Positions 36,656-46,821 of a stretch of 64,000 nucleotides of DNA are shown in pieces. The DNA is from Candidatus Bathyarchaeia archaeon (GTDB taxonomy: Archaea > Thermoproteota > Bathyarchaeia > Bathyarchaeales > Bathycorpusculaceae). Under the pieces are notes generated by a model. That model was not told the origin of the DNA. It saw only the letters and a list, made by a program, of their open reading frames with translations, and ran no database searches. Within the stretch, counting starts at the first letter, position 1. Each line of letters starts with the position of its first letter. The stretch spans positions 64,001 through 128,000 of the forward strand of contig JAVZLM010000001.1 of assembly GCA_038883775.1 (NCBI GenBank). Direction: 5' to 3'. Made by a program: the position numbers and the translations under genes.

Positions 36656-37898
36656 CTTCATCCACCAAGTCCACATAATCAAATAGGTGTACTGAAACTG
36701 TTTCTCCCTCTTCTAAGCCCTCTCTGTTTTCTGGAACCACAACATACCCATTAGCCCTTGTCATAGTTGAAATTATTCCAGAACCACGAGCGCTCATGGG
36801 TTCTGCGAAAAGTTCGCCATGACGCTGGAAAACATGGACACGCACAAATGTTTTTCTTCCCAAAAATGTGCCGATTCGTCTAGTCATTTTTGCCTTCACC
36901 ACTGGTCTGCGTTCTTCCCGCTTTAGTCCAAGCATCCTGCATATCAACGGTCTAACAAAAACTTCAAATCCAATCATTGCTGCAACAGGATTGCCCGAAA
37001 GAATGATTATTGGCTTTCCATTTGCTATGGCAAGGGCTGTAGGCATGGCTGGACGCATAGCCACTCCATGCACGATAACGCCTGGCTTTCCAATTTTGTT
37101 GACGGCTTCTGGAACAAGGTCTGAGGCTCCAACGCTTGTTCCACCAGTTGTTATAACAGCATCCGCCTTTTCAAGCCCCGCTCTTAATTTCTCAAAGATT
37201 TCATCCGCATCGTCTTTTGCAATTCCTAAATCTATGGGTTCGGCGCCCAACTCGTGGCATAGGTTTGAGAGAACAAGCCTATTTACCTCGAAAATCTGGT
37301 CTTCTTTTGGTTTTTCGCTTATCTCTACAAGCTCGTTTCCAGTGGCTAAAATGGCGATTTTTGGTTTCTCAAAAACCTTAACTTTAACGTTTCCCAAAGC
37401 AGCCAGCAAGCCTAAATGATGAGGTTTTAGACGGATCCCAGCTTTTAATGCCACTTCGCCTTTTGAAATGTCCTCGCCTTTCTTTGAGATGTTTTCGCCA
37501 GGCGTCACTGAAGTCCAAACTTCAATTTCCATGTCAACTTTTTTAGTGTTTTCCAGCATGACAACAGCGTTTGCACCTTTCGGAATCGGGGTTCCAGTCC
37601 AAACTTGTTTTGCTTCTCTATTACCTATCTCGTCTCTATTGGTTATGCGGAGGATTTTTGGCTTAAACTGAGAAGCTTCAACAGTATCTTCAGCCCTAAC
37701 GGCATATCCATCAACGGCGGAGCGGTCAAACCTTGGCAAATCTTCTCTGGCTCTTATATCCTCAGCGAGAACACTGTTCAAAGCTTCATGCAAAGGAACA
37801 ACAACTGTTTTCAAATTTTCAATTTTTAAATTGCTAAAAAACAGTTGTAATGCTTCTTCTATGGTCGTGAGTTTTTGAAATCCCCTCAACCTTACCAA
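36648..37898 (-). CDS. moeA: Molybdopterin molybdotransferase MoeA (paralog 1)
   Basis: PRFDRSAVDGYAV, LATGNEL, TTGGTSVG, LSGNPVAA; likely TTG 37898. Confidence 0.93.
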   Translation of the reverse strand: MVRLRGFQKLTTIEEALQLFFSNLKIENLKTVVVPLHEALNSVLAEDIRAREDLPRFDRSAVDGYAVRAEDTVEASQFKPKILRITNRDEIGNREAKQVWTGTPIPKGANAVVMLENTKKVDMEIEVWTSVTPGENISKKGEDISKGEVALKAGIRLKPHHLGLLAALGNVKVKVFEKPKIAILATGNELVEISEKPKEDQIFEVNRLVLSNLCHELGAEPIDLGIAKDDADEIFEKLRAGLEKADAVITTGGTSVGASDLVPEAVNKIGKPGVIVHGVAMRPAMPTALAIANGKPIIILSGNPVAAMIGFEVFVRPLICRMLGLKREERRPVVKAKMTRRIGTFLGRKTFVRVHVFQRHGELFAEPMSARGSGIISTMTRANGYVVVPENREGLEEGETVSVHLFDYVDLVDEDV

Positions 37899-37954
37899 AA
37901 AGGCACCCATAAACACCATTGCAGAGAATATAAAAAACTTATCTAACAATAACG

Positions 37955-38821
37955 CTATGGTTTTCCGAGCTCTTTTTGGAGAATATCACGCATTTTAATG
38001 GCGTCCAAATCCAGAATTGGGCTTTCGCTTATTATAACTGGGTTCAGTTTGTATTCAGCTATGACTTTTGCAAGCATTTTGAAGTCTGGTCCATAATCAA
38101 CTTCGTCCATTACGTGATGGCATTTTTCACCCTTGTCCGTGAATTCCACCTTTGTGAAGTGGCAATGCATATTTTTGACCGCGTCTGTTCCAAGGCTCTT
38201 TTCAATTTCCTCTACAATTTTGCGAAAATCGTCTATGGTTTTTAAGCGTCCTTTGTCTCGGGCGTGCAAATGCGCCCAATCAATTACTGGTTGAGTTTGT
38301 TCCACTTCTTCACATAAGCTTAAGATATCATCTAGGCTTCCAAACTGGGATGGTTTACCCATGGTTTCTGGCCCAATTTTAACACTCTCTATTCCCAAAT
38401 CTTTCAGCGTTTTAACAGTTTCTCTTATGGCTTCTAAGCAGTTTTTAAAAACTTCATTTTGAGGTTTTTTGCCGTAAAATCCGGGATGAAAAACTACAAT
38501 GTGAGCGTTCATCCATGAGGCTGCGGTTGCGCAGGCGATTAGGCGTTGTTTGCTTGCTTCTATTACATCTTTTCCGCCGCAGAAGTTTATGAAATAAGAG
38601 CCATGCAAACTAAGCCAAACATCCTTTTCTTTTGCTTCTAAACCAAGCTTTTCTGCTTCTTCCCTCTTAATTTGTGGTTTTGCACCCCAGCGAACAGCTT
38701 GGTACTCGAAAGCGTCAAGTCCCTCCTCGCGCAAAAGTCTCGGGACATCTGATAAAGCTGCCTTCATCATTCTGAATGTGGGAGGAACTCCTGCTGGACC
38801 AAATCTGGGGCGGTCAGCCAT
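37955..38821 (-). CDS. nfo: Endonuclease IV (AP endonuclease, TIM barrel)
   Basis: RFGPAG, LSLHGSYFIN, VFHPGFY, PETMGK.SQFG, DWAHLHAR, HCHFT, IISESP. Confidence 0.88.
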   Translation of the reverse strand: MADRPRFGPAGVPPTFRMMKAALSDVPRLLREEGLDAFEYQAVRWGAKPQIKREEAEKLGLEAKEKDVWLSLHGSYFINFCGGKDVIEASKQRLIACATAASWMNAHIVVFHPGFYGKKPQNEVFKNCLEAIRETVKTLKDLGIESVKIGPETMGKPSQFGSLDDILSLCEEVEQTQPVIDWAHLHARDKGRLKTIDDFRKIVEEIEKSLGTDAVKNMHCHFTKVEFTDKGEKCHHVMDEVDYGPDFKMLAKVIAEYKLNPVIISESPILDLDAIKMRDILQKELGKP

Positions 38822-38838
38822 TTAAAACCCTATAAACA

Positions 38839-39666
38839 TTATTTTTTCTTGTACCGATAACCTTTTCGAGAGTATTCTCCATAAATTAAGACTGTTATGG
38901 CGCAAATCCAAGCCGCAGCGTTTTGAAAAGCCAAATATTTTCCAACATTATCTGAATCCGCTAAGGGCTTGATTACGATTCCAAAGTTTAAGACGAAGTT
39001 TCTGAAGGTTGGGGCGGCAGATAATAAGGCATTGTTTACGCCTGAAAAGATTGCGCCGATAGGCGCTAAGGTTTCTGCTGTGCCTTTTACAAAGTTTAGA
39101 AGTGATGGGTTGTTTTTATAGGCATTTGATATTGTTCTGTAAATCAGTTGTGGATAGGCTAAAAGCGAAACTATTAAAACGAATGCTGAAAAAAGCAAGA
39201 AAACGGTTAAGGCGCTTTTTATTGTAGCTCTTGCGAAATGAATTTTCTGCCATATGTACGCTATACTTTTAACACGCAATAATCCGCCCTTTACTTTACC
39301 CAAAAATTTTGTCTCCTTCTTCCTTTTTGTAGGCTGAGTTTTTCCCTTTGCGGTTTCAAGAGGCTTTACGGTAATATGTCTTGTTAAATAAGTCCAACTT
39401 GCGACTAGCGCAATTATAACCGCAATGGGGACTAAATGAAATAGAGGGCTTATAGCAAGCGTTATTGTCCAATCTGTTCCAGGAAATTGGAGGCTAAATT
39501 GTAGGGGGGTTTCGTTAACTCCTAGGTTTATGGCGTAAAGAACAACCACATACTCAAGCAAGGCTGCTATTATTAGAAATAGGATTATGGCGGTTAACCC
39601 CTTTAATGTTGTCCATCGAACCATTAAACGTTTTTGCGGTTTCTTGGTTGACAATGACTTCACCAT
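38839..39666 (-). CDS. Hypothetical membrane protein
   Basis: About 4 TM segments with a Lys-rich loop. Confidence 0.7.
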   Translation of the reverse strand: MVKSLSTKKPQKRLMVRWTTLKGLTAIILFLIIAALLEYVVVLYAINLGVNETPLQFSLQFPGTDWTITLAISPLFHLVPIAVIIALVASWTYLTRHITVKPLETAKGKTQPTKRKKETKFLGKVKGGLLRVKSIAYIWQKIHFARATIKSALTVFLLFSAFVLIVSLLAYPQLIYRTISNAYKNNPSLLNFVKGTAETLAPIGAIFSGVNNALLSAAPTFRNFVLNFGIVIKPLADSDNVGKYLAFQNAAAWICAITVLIYGEYSRKGYRYKKK

Positions 39667-39762
39667 TAGCTTACGCCTTTAATGTTTTAAGTGTTTGAAA
39701 TATTAATGTTCTGATTAAAAAACGTGCTGCTAATAACTGCAAAAAGTTTTTGCGCCTAATTT

Positions 39763-39948
39763 TTATGACAGTGGAAATTCATGTCCACATTTTGGGCATT
39801 TAGCCATTCCGCATTGTACCGAAGAGGGGCATCCCGAACATGCAAAAGCTCTACCATAAGTTATGTTGAAGGCAAAGCCACATTTTGGGCATTTCACCAT
39901 GGATTTTGATTGTGTCTTCATTATTTTCACTTTCTCACAATCAACCAC
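39763..39948 (-). CDS. Cys-rich microprotein (CPxCG repeats)
   Basis: CPKCG...CSGCP....C...CPKCG; 17-nt direct repeat at 39785-39801 and 39878-39894. Confidence 0.7.
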   Translation of the reverse strand: MVDCEKVKIMKTQSKSMVKCPKCGFAFNITYGRAFACSGCPSSVQCGMAKCPKCGHEFPLS

Positions 39949-40084
39949 TCAATGGATTTTTAAAAACCTTTCTTGAGAAGCGTCGCCTTTTTATTCGAAA
40001 ATTTTAACAATACTTGAACGTTAATATTATGGTTTAAGCGTATACACAAGAGTGTTCGCGAGAAGGAGATAGTCTGGGAATAGG

Positions 40085-41062
40085 ATGCAGAAGCCAAATA
40101 AGATTGAACGGATGGAACTTTACAGAGAGCGTAATACGCAAGCTTTTCTAAGTAAATTTTTAAGTGGTGAAATAAGCGAGCTTGAACCCGTTTATGACCC
40201 CAAACTTGGTTATCGTTATCCCCTTGTTGAAACCATTCTTGGTAATGCTTCTGAAGTTGAACCCTTCCTAAACAGACTTTTTGAGGCAGGTATACTCAAC
40301 AAAAGACTTTATGATAAAGTAATTTACTGTCCAAAATGCGACTCTGCAAACATCTCTATCCATTACTGTTGTCCATACTGCAAATCCTTTAACATTCAAA
40401 GAAGCGCTTTAATTGAGCATGTTAAATGTGGTTACATGGATGTGGAGGAAAACTTCAAGAAAGGCAACAAGCTTGTTTGTCCAAAATGCCACGAAGAATT
40501 GAAGAGGTCTGACGTTGATTATAGAAAGGCTGGAACATGGTGCACCTGCAAAGATTGCACTAAAAGCTTCGACATTCCCATAGCCGCCCATTTCTGCAGA
40601 GATTGCCATGCAAATTTCACTTTTGAAGAAGCTGTAATTAAGGATGTTTACGCTTACAGCCTCAACGAAGAGGTGAAGGAAGAGGCAGCTTTAGGCTGGG
40701 TTATAATTTCTCCCATAAGAGAATTTCTCATAGAAAACGGGTTTGAAGTTGAAAGCCCAGCCTTTGTGAAAGGCAAATCTGGAGCAAACCACATGTTTGA
40801 CATTGCAGCCTACTTGAAGGATGAGAAGCATAAAATAACAGTAATTGACATAGCCACATCCACCGAAAACGCCGTTTCAGAGCAACCAATAATTGCCCTT
40901 TTCGCCAAAGTTTTCGATGTTTCCCCAGAAAGCGCCTATTTAATCGCAATTCCAAAACTGAGCGAAAACGGAAAAAAGATGGCAGAGCTATACAATATTA
41001 CGGTGATAGAAGCGAAAAACCAAAAGGAAGCAATAAAAGCCTTAAAAGAAAAAATGCTCTGA
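40085..41062 (+). CDS. TackOD1-type multi-Zn-finger protein with C-terminal restriction-endonuclease-like (Mrr-like) domain
   Basis: CPKC..CCPYC..IEHVKCGY..CPKC..CKDC..CRDC followed by GKSGANHMFD. Confidence 0.7.
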   Translation: MQKPNKIERMELYRERNTQAFLSKFLSGEISELEPVYDPKLGYRYPLVETILGNASEVEPFLNRLFEAGILNKRLYDKVIYCPKCDSANISIHYCCPYCKSFNIQRSALIEHVKCGYMDVEENFKKGNKLVCPKCHEELKRSDVDYRKAGTWCTCKDCTKSFDIPIAAHFCRDCHANFTFEEAVIKDVYAYSLNEEVKEEAALGWVIISPIREFLIENGFEVESPAFVKGKSGANHMFDIAAYLKDEKHKITVIDIATSTENAVSEQPIIALFAKVFDVSPESAYLIAIPKLSENGKKMAELYNITVIEAKNQKEAIKALKEKML

Positions 41063-41065
41063 AAG

Positions 41066-42868
41066 TCAGCCTTTAGTAAAAACGGCTATGTTACCTCTTT
41101 CCGTGACAACTTTCGCAATAAACTCTTCTGGCAAACTAATGTCAACACAAATGTAAATTGCTTCCTCACCAGCATTTACAAACCAATTAGCGTTGTAGCG
41201 TTGATGATTCGTTGTATTAATTATCCATATGGAAACGATGTGCGTTGTTATTGAACCACTGTTCCTTAACTTGAAACTTGCGCCATCTATGACTGCTCTT
41301 ACGGCGAAAAAGTCTATGTCAATTGTTGTCTGGTTGGCATCAAGGCTCACATCACAAAACTTTATTCGCATTGTACAATTGCTGTTGACATAGCTTTGCC
41401 AAGAGTCTGTGAGATTTATTGTGTAATATTCAAAATCTGTTGTTGGTGTAATTTCGCCTATGACATTGTATTGTCCGCTTGTCCAGTTATGCGCATTTAA
41501 CGACCAATTCTCAGACGTGTCATTTGCTCTTAAGCGAATCTGAATTTCGAGCGCGTCTATGTATACAAGAGGATACGTGGACATGTCTAAACTAAATTCT
41601 CCAATAATGCTGAGGGCGTAAGCATCTTGCATTTCAGTTTTCAACTCAATAAAATCCACTTTCAAATCAAACTGTGTATTCGTTGCTTTAACTCCTGTAA
41701 TCTTTAATTTCCAATTTCCAAAGGCATCTCTAAAATATGTTGTATTTGATATGATATTTGCAGTTTTTGTTTCATCTATGTTTGGAGTTGAACTTGAAAT
41801 GTATGATATATAACCGTCACCATCCTCTGGATAATCATTAATATCATAATTGAATAATTGTAACGTCACATTCACATTACCCGTTGTAAAACAACTATCC
41901 ACGGTCCAAATTAATCGGGTCCATAATTCAGTGTTAGATGTTCCAGAAAATTCAGCTTGAACAGTATATTCTATTGGTTTGTCATAACCGCAATAAATGC
42001 TGTACTGATAATTGTTATGTAAGGCGTCGGTTGGGTCGGTTGGTGAGGAATAACTGTTAGAAGTGTCATAATGTCCTTGGTCGGCTGAACCAGTAGTGTA
42101 ATACAATCTAACTTGATTATCTGGTATTATCATTAAAACATATTCGGTATTTGGAGATAATAGCGGAGGGGATGAAAAAGTCGCAGTCCACCATTGAGCA
42201 GCTGTTGTAACTGTCACGGGATTTGTTATTGCTATTATTTTTAGGTCCGTATGCCTTACAATTAAACATTTGACGTTTCTTGTTCCCGCGTTACTTCTAC
42301 AATAGAATGTTATGTTCTTTGCAATTACTGTGTAGTCTGGGGAGGTGAAGACGCTGCCGTACATGCGATTTGCATTGATCAGCGTGGAGCTTGAAACTTG
42401 AGTGTTGCCGAACGTTCCAGTCGTATTTCGTGAAGCATAACTCCTAAAAGTCATGTAAACTCCGTCATCTTCTTGTAAATCTATTATTAAACCAGAAACA
42501 TATTGCGTTGAACCTAATGGATTATATTCAAATGGGTTATAGCTGTAATAAGCTTCTTCCCTAAAAGCTTCATAAACATAATCATCTGTCCACGTGTCCA
42601 TATATGTTCCATTTATCACACTGCCTCTTTCTATCGTGTATGCTGTTTTTGTTGTGAACCATGGAGAGCGTGTAACTCGTGTAACATTGGCTATTCTGAC
42701 GTTTTCTTGCATTCTTTCTAGGTCAAACTGGTTCATTTGGTAACTCCACAAAACCACGTTCGAAACTATGAGCACTATTAGGATTAGGCTTAGCATCACC
42801 ACTATCACATTGCTTACGCCCCTTTTTGCTTGTTTGAATTTTTTAAGGAGCTTTGTAATAGTCTGCAA
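41066..42868 (-). CDS. Large type IV pilin-like adhesin
   Basis: Class III signal KRG/VSNVIVVMLSLILIV, pilin C-terminus KVVTERGN, long beta-rich insert. Confidence 0.8.
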   Translation of the reverse strand: MQTITKLLKKFKQAKRGVSNVIVVMLSLILIVLIVSNVVLWSYQMNQFDLERMQENVRIANVTRVTRSPWFTTKTAYTIERGSVINGTYMDTWTDDYVYEAFREEAYYSYNPFEYNPLGSTQYVSGLIIDLQEDDGVYMTFRSYASRNTTGTFGNTQVSSSTLINANRMYGSVFTSPDYTVIAKNITFYCRSNAGTRNVKCLIVRHTDLKIIAITNPVTVTTAAQWWTATFSSPPLLSPNTEYVLMIIPDNQVRLYYTTGSADQGHYDTSNSYSSPTDPTDALHNNYQYSIYCGYDKPIEYTVQAEFSGTSNTELWTRLIWTVDSCFTTGNVNVTLQLFNYDINDYPEDGDGYISYISSSTPNIDETKTANIISNTTYFRDAFGNWKLKITGVKATNTQFDLKVDFIELKTEMQDAYALSIIGEFSLDMSTYPLVYIDALEIQIRLRANDTSENWSLNAHNWTSGQYNVIGEITPTTDFEYYTINLTDSWQSYVNSNCTMRIKFCDVSLDANQTTIDIDFFAVRAVIDGASFKLRNSGSITTHIVSIWIINTTNHQRYNANWFVNAGEEAIYICVDISLPEEFIAKVVTERGNIAVFTKG

Positions 42869-43265
42869 TATGGGTCCCTCTTGTTGTTACAATGTCTATG
42901 TAGTATAGGCTGTTAGACGTCCAATTGTATGAGATGTTTAGCCATCCATGCTTGCCTATTTCTAAACTGAATGGTTGTGGAGTGAACATTTGTGATGTAT
43001 GGTTAATGTAAACGGCGGAAATGTGAATGGCAACTTTTCCAACATTGCGAAGATAAATTTGAATGTTGTCTGTTGAATTGTTAAACCATAAATCTTCAAT
43101 GATGAAGCGTTCGCTCATTATTTCCCGCATGTTGGTTGTTATGACATATGTTGCTGTTGTTGCGATTGCCATGGCGCCTACAGCCACAACCGTAAGCAGA
43201 AGGTTGCTTAAAACTGGAGTTATAGCCCGTGAATCCGAAAAAAATCTCTTAAATGCTTTACTCAT
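42843..43265 (-). CDS. Archaeal type IV pilin
   Basis: SRA/ITPVLSNLLLTVVAV class III signal; IYLRNVG; IVTTRG. Confidence 0.85.
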   Translation of the reverse strand: MSKAFKRFFSDSRAITPVLSNLLLTVVAVGAMAIATTATYVITTNMREIMSERFIIEDLWFNNSTDNIQIYLRNVGKVAIHISAVYINHTSQMFTPQPFSLEIGKHGWLNISYNWTSNSLYYIDIVTTRGTHIADYYKAP

Positions 43266-43275
43266 TTTCCTTCAC

Positions 43276-44091
43276 CTATAAGAAGAGTTTTAGGGCTATG
43301 TAGCCGAAAAGCATCATGATTATACTGTGTTTTAAGCCAGCGTTTGTTGTTCCTTCTCCCATTTTTCCAGCGACTAATCCGCCGAAGAAGGCTTGGATTG
43401 CGGCTAGGTGGAAGAATATGCGTTGCATTTCTTCTGGTGATGTTACTGTTGCTCCAAGTGTTGGTAAGCCTTCTATGCTTAGGAAAAACGACCTGAAAAG
43501 CAGTATTATTGTGAATATGAAAACGAAGAAAGCCACATAAATTATTGCAATGTATGGTCTCGTTTGGTTTCTTCTCTCCTTATCCAGCAAAAGTGTTGTT
43601 TGAATAAACTTTCCAGTTGGGTCAAAAACCTTTTCCACATGCCCTCCAGAATGGCTTGCCTCGATTATTAATGGCACCGTTCTCCTAACAAGAATTGTGT
43701 TGACGCGTTTTCCCAAAGCCAGCAAAGCCTCTTCAAAAGTCATCCCCCAAGACATTTGATTATTCATCTTTCGCAATTCTGCCGTGAGGGGTCCATAGTT
43801 TCTTTTTGAGGCTTCTTCTAAGGCTTGAGGGAGCGTCATGCCTGTCTCTTGGGCTTGGACTATGCTTCTGAAAAGGTCTGGTAAATGCTCGTCTATTGCC
43901 CTTCTCCACTTATAATCGATATAGTTTAGGATTGTTGGAGGCGAAACAGCAACTATTACAGCGAAAAATACGAATTCATCGAAGGTTCTGCTTCCTCCAA
44001 ACATGATATAAGCGAAAAGGGTTATGGCGAAGGCTACAGAAACCGAGGCAATCCACGCAATTTTTTTGATGCGCTCTTCTATTTTTGGCAT
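43276..44091 (-). CDS. TadC/GspF-family pilus assembly platform protein
   Basis: IDEHLPDLFR...GMTLPQAL...YGPLT.EL; AGKMGEG...GLKH. Confidence 0.9.
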   Translation of the reverse strand: MPKIEERIKKIAWIASVSVAFAITLFAYIMFGGSRTFDEFVFFAVIVAVSPPTILNYIDYKWRRAIDEHLPDLFRSIVQAQETGMTLPQALEEASKRNYGPLTAELRKMNNQMSWGMTFEEALLALGKRVNTILVRRTVPLIIEASHSGGHVEKVFDPTGKFIQTTLLLDKERRNQTRPYIAIIYVAFFVFIFTIILLFRSFFLSIEGLPTLGATVTSPEEMQRIFFHLAAIQAFFGGLVAGKMGEGTTNAGLKHSIIMMLFGYIALKLFL

Positions 44092-44097
44092 TATAAA

Positions 44098-45105
44098 CTA
44101 CCACTTTGGCGATACAGCATCCAATATTATGAGAAACATTATGGAGCCCAGTGGTATCCCAATATAAGTTAGCAAGCTTAGCAGCAGGTTTGGGCTTAAC
44201 ATGCCGAGAAAGCCTCCGCCCATCATCTCCATCACCGCCAACATAATTATGAGAAGTAATGGTCCAGTAACAATCAAAGCCACATAAAACTCTGATAATA
44301 TGGACAGGGTATCCGAAAATTTGCGGAGGCTTATCCTCTTAAGCTTCATGTATTGCCTAGACTTTTCACGGAGATAAGCGGACAAGTTTCCGCCTGAATG
44401 GATTGTTGAAATGAGTCCTTGAAGCATTTCACGAAACCTTTCAGACGAAGTTCGTTTAGATGATTCTTCTAAGGCGGAGATTATGTCCAAGCCAAAAAGT
44501 CCCACATCCCTAACAATGTTTTTGGCTTCTATTGAAACGGTTAATGGTTCGCTAAGGTTTGAAAGGGAATAGAAAATTTTTTCTGGAGAAACCCCGGCTG
44601 TTGTGAGAATCGCCATATACCCCGTGGTGAAGGGCAACTCGTCTTCTAACTCTCTTTTAAGTTTGTCTGCACGATAGACTGGGTATGCATAAAATCCTAT
44701 GATGGAAAATGCACTTGTGAATAGGCTTCCGCCTAAGCCGAAGAGGATTGCTGGTAAGAGTGGAATTTTGAAAAGGAAAAATAGCATTGTTGGAATGAGG
44801 GCTAATGTGAAGAGTGAAGCCAAAATTGTGACAAAAATTGTTAGGCTAACGTATGCCTTAAAATTAACCTTTAACTCTGACCTTTGCAAATTCGAGTCTA
44901 AGTCTCTAAAAAGTGGAAGGAAGCGTCCTATCTTTCCGCCGATAAGTTGATAAGCTAACGTGTGTGTTTCTTTCAACTCAAATTTTTGCCTTTTTGACGC
45001 TTTTTCTAATTCTGTTTTTGAGTGTCTTATTGATGACAGCTTAAAAATTAATTTGAAACGGTCGAAGAATTGTTTGATTTTTTGGTAAGCCTTCGTGTTT
45101 TTCAT
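44098..45105 (-). CDS. TadB/TadC-family pilus assembly membrane protein
   Basis: LEDELPF..GYMAIL..AGVSP; GLDIISAL; SGGNLSAYL. Confidence 0.9.
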   Translation of the reverse strand: MKNTKAYQKIKQFFDRFKLIFKLSSIRHSKTELEKASKRQKFELKETHTLAYQLIGGKIGRFLPLFRDLDSNLQRSELKVNFKAYVSLTIFVTILASLFTLALIPTMLFFLFKIPLLPAILFGLGGSLFTSAFSIIGFYAYPVYRADKLKRELEDELPFTTGYMAILTTAGVSPEKIFYSLSNLSEPLTVSIEAKNIVRDVGLFGLDIISALEESSKRTSSERFREMLQGLISTIHSGGNLSAYLREKSRQYMKLKRISLRKFSDTLSILSEFYVALIVTGPLLLIIMLAVMEMMGGGFLGMLSPNLLLSLLTYIGIPLGSIMFLIILDAVSPKW

Positions 45106-46652
45106 TTCAATCCCACTCTCGCTTTTTGGAAAACCCTGTTTGGATTGGCGTAATATTCTCGAATCACGTTTGAAACATCAATGTAGCGCCTTATGCCCTT
45201 CTTAACCATCCATTCCAGAACGGTTTTTCTGCGCTGCAACTCCTGCCTAATTTCTTCTTCGCTTATGTCCATTTTCTTCATGTGTTTTTCAAGGATGCTG
45301 CTATGTCCAGAAAATATGAACTTGTCCTCTTTTGGGTTCCAGCGGAAGACATCTTCTGTTAATATGTTTTTTGTTTTTGAATTTAACCCTAAAACCTCGC
45401 TTGTTACGCTTGCTCTTCTTGCTGGTTTTCCTTCAATTTCAGTTCTTGTCATAACCATTATGACGTTGGTCATGGCTATGAGTGGTTTTGGAATGTTCAT
45501 CGGTTCGGATTGTAGACGATTTATTGTGGCTTCAACTGATTCTGCGTGGATTGTGCTCATTCCTAAGTGTCCTGTTGCCATGGCTTGAAAAAGCGTGTAG
45601 GCTTCTTCTCCTCGGACTTCGCCTACGATTATGTAGTCTGGTCTTTGTCTGACAGCTGCCTTTAACAAGTCGAAGAGGGTTATTGTGCCGCCTTTTCTGT
45701 CTTCATGTCCAAAACCGAGTCTTACAACTGAGGGTATCCAGTTTTCATGGGGAAGGTTAAGCTCTTGTGTGTCTTCTACGCTTACTATTTTCATTTCTGG
45801 CTTTATGAACATTGATAGGCAATTCAGCATGGTTGTCTTTCCAGAAGCCACACCCCCAGCAACAAGCACCGAAGCCCTATTCTCTATTATATACCACAAG
45901 AAGGCAGCCATTTCCGAAGAAATCGTGTTGAAAGCTATTAAGTCTGAAATAGTTAGGGGGTCAACTCTAAAGCGTCGAATTGTGAACGTTGATCCTCGCC
46001 TTGTCACTTCATTTCCATAAGTTAGTTGAACACGGCTACCGTCTGGAAGGGATGCGTCCAAAATTGGGGATGCTATGGAAATGTTTTTTCCAGCCAAATA
46101 TGCCAAGCGGATTATGAAAGAGTTTAATTCTGCTTCATTTTGGAATATTACGTTTGTCGGTAAAGACTCGTAAAGCCTATGCCAAACATAAATTGGTATG
46201 TTGACGCCATCCGCTGATATGTCCTCAATTAGGTGGTCTTTCATTAATGGGTCTATTTTTCCGTAACCTATGAAATCCCGTGTAAGATAGTATATGAGTT
46301 TGTCTATGGCTTCTTGTGAAACTTTTATCTTATATTTTTTAATTATTTCCCTTGTTTTTTCTTCAAGATATTTTTCTGCCTTCTCTTTGGTTTCTATCTC
46401 CTTTAAGTTTACGTCCAACTCTTCCATCAAAAACGCTTTTATATCTTTTAGAAGCCTTTCCTCCTCTTTTTGAAGGGTTGGTTCTACAACTTCGTAATGG
46501 ATTTTTTGGGTTTCTGGGTCTTTAACTATGGCTGCGTACACATATGGTTCTTTTATTGGGTAGACTTCTCTGAAGACTGTTGGTTTTTTTATTTCCGCCC
46601 CTATGGTTATGGTTGGTTTTGTTTCTTCTATGGTTTTTGGGGCTTTTGGCAT
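45102..46652 (-). CDS. Type IV pilus/secretion ATPase (FlaI/TadA/VirB11 family)
   Basis: GGVASGKTT, VSVEDTQEL, RQRPDYIIVGEVRGEEA, TGHLGMSTIHA. Confidence 0.95.
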   Translation of the reverse strand: MPKAPKTIEETKPTITIGAEIKKPTVFREVYPIKEPYVYAAIVKDPETQKIHYEVVEPTLQKEEERLLKDIKAFLMEELDVNLKEIETKEKAEKYLEEKTREIIKKYKIKVSQEAIDKLIYYLTRDFIGYGKIDPLMKDHLIEDISADGVNIPIYVWHRLYESLPTNVIFQNEAELNSFIIRLAYLAGKNISIASPILDASLPDGSRVQLTYGNEVTRRGSTFTIRRFRVDPLTISDLIAFNTISSEMAAFLWYIIENRASVLVAGGVASGKTTMLNCLSMFIKPEMKIVSVEDTQELNLPHENWIPSVVRLGFGHEDRKGGTITLFDLLKAAVRQRPDYIIVGEVRGEEAYTLFQAMATGHLGMSTIHAESVEATINRLQSEPMNIPKPLIAMTNVIMVMTRTEIEGKPARRASVTSEVLGLNSKTKNILTEDVFRWNPKEDKFIFSGHSSILEKHMKKMDISEEEIRQELQRRKTVLEWMVKKGIRRYIDVSNVIREYYANPNRVFQKARVGLK

Positions 46653-46821
46653 TGGTTTTCACCGTTTGGTTTAGGGTGCGGGGTGTTTTTTCATAAGTAT
46701 AGTGTGTCGTGTGTCTTAATAAGTTATATGCATAACTAATCTTTAGCATGCTTAACACTAACAACCAAAACCCAACTCAACGTTAACAACTTAGCCTCTA
46801 ACTTCTAACTCACAAACCAAC

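Noticed and set aside
46740-46821. CTAAC/CAAC-rich low-complexity tract
   Set aside because: No fixed period or spacer structure, so not a CRISPR array or tandem repeat; probably the U/G-rich 3' region after eL41.
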